Assembly (NCBI GenBank): GCA_034439575.1
Contig: JAWXAQ010000035.1
Span: forward strand, 64,001-128,000
Direction of reading: 5' to 3'
DNA: 64,000 nucleotides
Origin: Leptospira sp.
GTDB taxonomy: Bacteria > Spirochaetota > Leptospiria > Leptospirales > Leptospiraceae
How positions within the stretch are numbered: position 1 is the first letter of the stretch; every line of letters starts with the position of its first letter. The notes beneath the pieces were generated by a model, which worked only from the letters and a program-made list of their open reading frames with translations, was not told the origin of the DNA and did not search any database. A program made the position numbers and the translations under genes. Positions 61,050-64,000 of this stretch are shown here, in pieces.

Positions 61050-61877
61050 TTAGTTTTCTCCTTCTACATTTGTTTCAGTATTTGGTAAACGAGTTTCAGG
61101 TAAGCCGTATTTGCTTTCACCTGGCGCACGTTTGGTTGATTTTTCTGTGAGTATGATTATATCTACTCTTCGATTATATGCTTTTGCTTCTGGTGTTCCA
61201 TCATTTTCAACAAGTAGTGGTCGGTAAGAACCAAAACTTACTGCTTGGAACCAACTTGGATCAATTTCTTCTGAATTGATCATAAACACGGTTGTATTGA
61301 CGGCACGTGCTGCAGCTAAATCCCAATTGTTTATATATTCTCTTTCTTCTCGTCCTGGACGATTTACGGGATTCACTGCATCATCATCGCTATGCCCTTC
61401 CACTCGCACAAAGCGCTCGAGTCCTTTGATAAGTCCTGCCGCCTTTCTTAAGGTTTCTCGTATCGAGGGTGTTAGTATGGCTGAACCAGGATAAAAATAA
61501 TCAGCACCAACGAGAGAAATGATTAATCCTCTTTCGTTTTCCGAAATTCTGACCTTTCCCGCATCAACTTCAGGTTTGAAAACTTCTTGCGCATCTTTTT
61601 TGGATTTAGATAAATTTCTTCCTACGACTTGTGAAGGAAGAGACTCAATCTGCATCCCCATTTCTTCTAAAGAGCCTTTGGACAAAGTTTGCCCACCGGT
61701 AAAAAATCCGGTAGTAGACTTAAATGCTGATAAAATAATCTGCATTTCCCTTGCATCAGTTTTTCCTGTTGTATACAAAAGAATAAAGAAACACAATAAT
61801 AGTGTCACCATATCTCCGTAAGTTGCCATGAACTCAGGAACTTTTTGTATACATTCAGGACATTTCTGTTTGGCCAT
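61050..61877 (-). CDS. motB: Flagellar stator protein MotB
   Basis: ATYGDMVTLLLCFF, VEGHSD, NWDLAAARA, NRRVDI. Confidence 0.95.
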   Translation of the reverse strand: MAKQKCPECIQKVPEFMATYGDMVTLLLCFFILLYTTGKTDAREMQIILSAFKSTTGFFTGGQTLSKGSLEEMGMQIESLPSQVVGRNLSKSKKDAQEVFKPEVDAGKVRISENERGLIISLVGADYFYPGSAILTPSIRETLRKAAGLIKGLERFVRVEGHSDDDAVNPVNRPGREEREYINNWDLAAARAVNTTVFMINSEEIDPSWFQAVSFGSYRPLLVENDGTPEAKAYNRRVDIIILTEKSTKRAPGESKYGLPETRLPNTETNVEGEN

Positions 61878-61886
61878 GATTAAAAA

Positions 61887-62669
61887 CTATTCCCCATCTT
61901 CCTTGAGAGCGGCTCTTTCACTAGGAGTTAAGAAACTCGCTAGTTTCTCTTTTACGATCCTTGGGTTATCTCCAGATTGAATGGATAGAGTTCCTTCCAC
62001 CATAACTTGTTTTATCACAAGTTCATCTTCAGATCGCCTAGTCAACTTACGAACCACAGGTGCTGCAAATAAGTTTTGTGCAAGTGATCCGTAAAGAGTT
62101 GTAATTAAGGCAGTGGCCATACCTTGTCCGATCGCACTGGCGTCACCACCACCAAGGTTTTTTAACATCCCCACAAGACCAACAAGTGTCCCGAGCATCC
62201 CGAAGCCTGGCGCAAAACCAGCGTAAGCATCCCACCAAGCCCTTCCATAGGCATGTCTTGTGGCGGTATTGCCAATTTCAGTTTCCATAATATTTCGAAC
62301 GAGTTCTGGATCCGTTCCATCCACTACGAGTTGGATTCCTTTTTTTAAAAATTCCTCTGGCAATTCATTGATATCGTCTTCGAGTGCAAGTAGACCTTCA
62401 CGTCTTGCTTTCTCTGAAAAGCTAACTAGTGTCGTGATTAGATTTGGTAAATCGAAGGTAGGTGTTTGAAATGCTTTTTTTGTAACGGCACCAACACCAG
62501 TTGTAGATGTCCAAGGGAAGGAAATAATTGTCGCAGCTGCCGCACCACCAAACGTAATCATGACGGATGGGATATCAATTAAGTCAGTGAGCGCGAGACC
62601 CCCAGAGACGACCCCCAAGAGCATCAACGCTATTCCTAATGCTAATCCAATGACTGTAGCTATATCCAT
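61887..62669 (-). CDS. motA: Flagellar stator protein MotA
   Basis: ARREGLLALE, APGFGMLGTLVGL, ALITTLYG, IQSGDNP. Confidence 0.95.
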   Translation of the reverse strand: MDIATVIGLALGIALMLLGVVSGGLALTDLIDIPSVMITFGGAAAATIISFPWTSTTGVGAVTKKAFQTPTFDLPNLITTLVSFSEKARREGLLALEDDINELPEEFLKKGIQLVVDGTDPELVRNIMETEIGNTATRHAYGRAWWDAYAGFAPGFGMLGTLVGLVGMLKNLGGGDASAIGQGMATALITTLYGSLAQNLFAAPVVRKLTRRSEDELVIKQVMVEGTLSIQSGDNPRIVKEKLASFLTPSERAALKEDGE

Positions 62670-62672
62670 GAT

Positions 62673-62891
62673 TTATATTCCTTCTTCATTCCTTGATTTG
62701 ACTTTGGGCAGAGAATGGATTCGAGTTTTATAAGCTAAAACCAATTCCAATACACCAGAAACTGTTTCTTGAACGATAAATTTTTTATCATTCGTGAGAG
62801 TGATCACAGTATCAGGATTCGCTTCTATTGTCTCAATGAGTTCTGCATTGAGAATAAATTCTGCGCCTTTGAGTCGATGAAGGATGACCAA
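62673..62891 (-). CDS. flbD: Flagellar FlbD family protein
   Basis: ILHRLKG.EFILNAELIETIEANPDTVITL; TTG start after AGGGGG; precedes motA. Confidence 0.9.
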   Translation of the reverse strand: MVILHRLKGAEFILNAELIETIEANPDTVITLTNDKKFIVQETVSGVLELVLAYKTRIHSLPKVKSRNEEGI

Positions 62892-62911
62892 GAGATCCCC
62901 CTATGAGATTT

Positions 62912-63991
62912 CTACTTATGTCTATCGACTGACTTTTGAATTTCGTTGATGAATTTTTCTTCCGTAAATCTATCGATGGATTTCTGGAAATCTCTCCGTC
63001 GGAGGGATATTTTTTCGACTTCCAGGATGGCATTGTTTAAAGAATCAACGGTCTGTTCCTTGAAAAAGACCCCTGTTTTCCCTTCAATCACCGTTTCTAA
63101 AGCACCACCCATGCCAAGAGCTACGACTGGTGTTCCATAACCTTGTGCTTCGACGGGAGTGATTCCAAAATCTTCCATTCCTGGAAAAATAAACCCACGA
63201 GCACCTTTGTAATATTCCAATACCTCTTTTCGGGGTAATCCTTTCTTCCAGATGACATTCGAAGGTAAATTTTTTGTAAGTTTTGCTTCGTCTTGGCCAC
63301 CACCTATCAAGATTAGTTTCTTTCCATTTTTGCGAAAGGCTTCTATCGCAATATCTATCCGTTTGTAAGGAGCAAAAGCCGATACGATCAAATAATAATC
63401 TTCTTTCGAATGGTCCTGCACCCTATAACCTTCTGGAAAACAGGGTGGATGAATCACTTGGTATTCTCTGCGATAGTATTTCTGAATGCGTTTTCCCACA
63501 AAATCAGAGTTACACGTAAAGTGATCCACTCGATTGGAAGAAGCTGCATCCCAGGTTCGTAAATAATTACTGATAGCTTGGAATGTAAAAAATTTTAAAC
63601 CCTTACGATTTGGAAAATAATCATAATACATATCCCATACATAACGCATAGGCGAATGAATATAACTTATATGAAAAGAATTTGGGTGAGGAATGACACC
63701 TTTCGCAACACAGTGCGAGGAGCTAATCACAATATCGTAACCTTTGAGATCAAGAGATTCAATGGCCGTTGGAAAAAGTGGTAAATAATATCTATAGTAT
63801 TTTTCTTTGAATGGTAATCGATCTGTAAATGCCGTCGTAATTTTCCTATCTTCTATACGAGCATTCAATTTTCCTTTGCTGTAAAATAATGTAAAAAGAT
63901 CTGCACTCGGATACGCTTTTAGAAGAGCATCGAGTACAACCTCTCCGCCTCTCATCCCAGTTAACCAATCATGAATTATGGCAATTTTCAT
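62912..63991 (-). CDS. Glycosyltransferase family 4
   Basis: HDWLTGMRGGE, HSPMRYVWD, YKRID, EDFGITPVEAQ (ExxxxxxxE). Confidence 0.93.
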   Translation of the reverse strand: MKIAIIHDWLTGMRGGEVVLDALLKAYPSADLFTLFYSKGKLNARIEDRKITTAFTDRLPFKEKYYRYYLPLFPTAIESLDLKGYDIVISSSHCVAKGVIPHPNSFHISYIHSPMRYVWDMYYDYFPNRKGLKFFTFQAISNYLRTWDAASSNRVDHFTCNSDFVGKRIQKYYRREYQVIHPPCFPEGYRVQDHSKEDYYLIVSAFAPYKRIDIAIEAFRKNGKKLILIGGGQDEAKLTKNLPSNVIWKKGLPRKEVLEYYKGARGFIFPGMEDFGITPVEAQGYGTPVVALGMGGALETVIEGKTGVFFKEQTVDSLNNAILEVEKISLRRRDFQKSIDRFTEEKFINEIQKSVDRHK

Positions 63992-64000
63992 TATACTTAT

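Overview
A gene-dense, AT-rich bacterial chromosomal segment made almost entirely of core housekeeping genes. Protein style and gene order (flbD-motA-motB-fliL-kdsB; ispE-tRNA-Gln-glmU-prs-rplY-pth-ftsH; spirochaete-like lipoproteins; a GpsA-acyltransferase fusion) suggest a Leptospira, probably a free-living species. This is inference, not a database result. It contains leuS, valS, thrC, prfB, purD, ligA, ftsH, one tRNA, several transporters and a type I secretion-like ABC/MFP/TolC trio. I see no CRISPR array, IS, integrase or prophage, and no clear-cut new multi-gene system. The best leads are: (1) three apparent pseudo-enzymes with intact reading frames (a Pth lacking its catalytic residues, a GAF-AAA+-Fis regulator lacking the GAFTGA, Walker B and Arg-finger motifs, and a secretion ABC protein with a degenerate ATPase); (2) a stand-alone fungal/mycobacterial FAS-I-type acyltransferase coupled to a PafC-like WYL regulator; (3) three small ORFs missed by the ORF track, including a CxxC-x11-CxxC micro-protein, with the other two sharing an upstream palindromic 13-mer. 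All family assignments come from motif recognition by eye.
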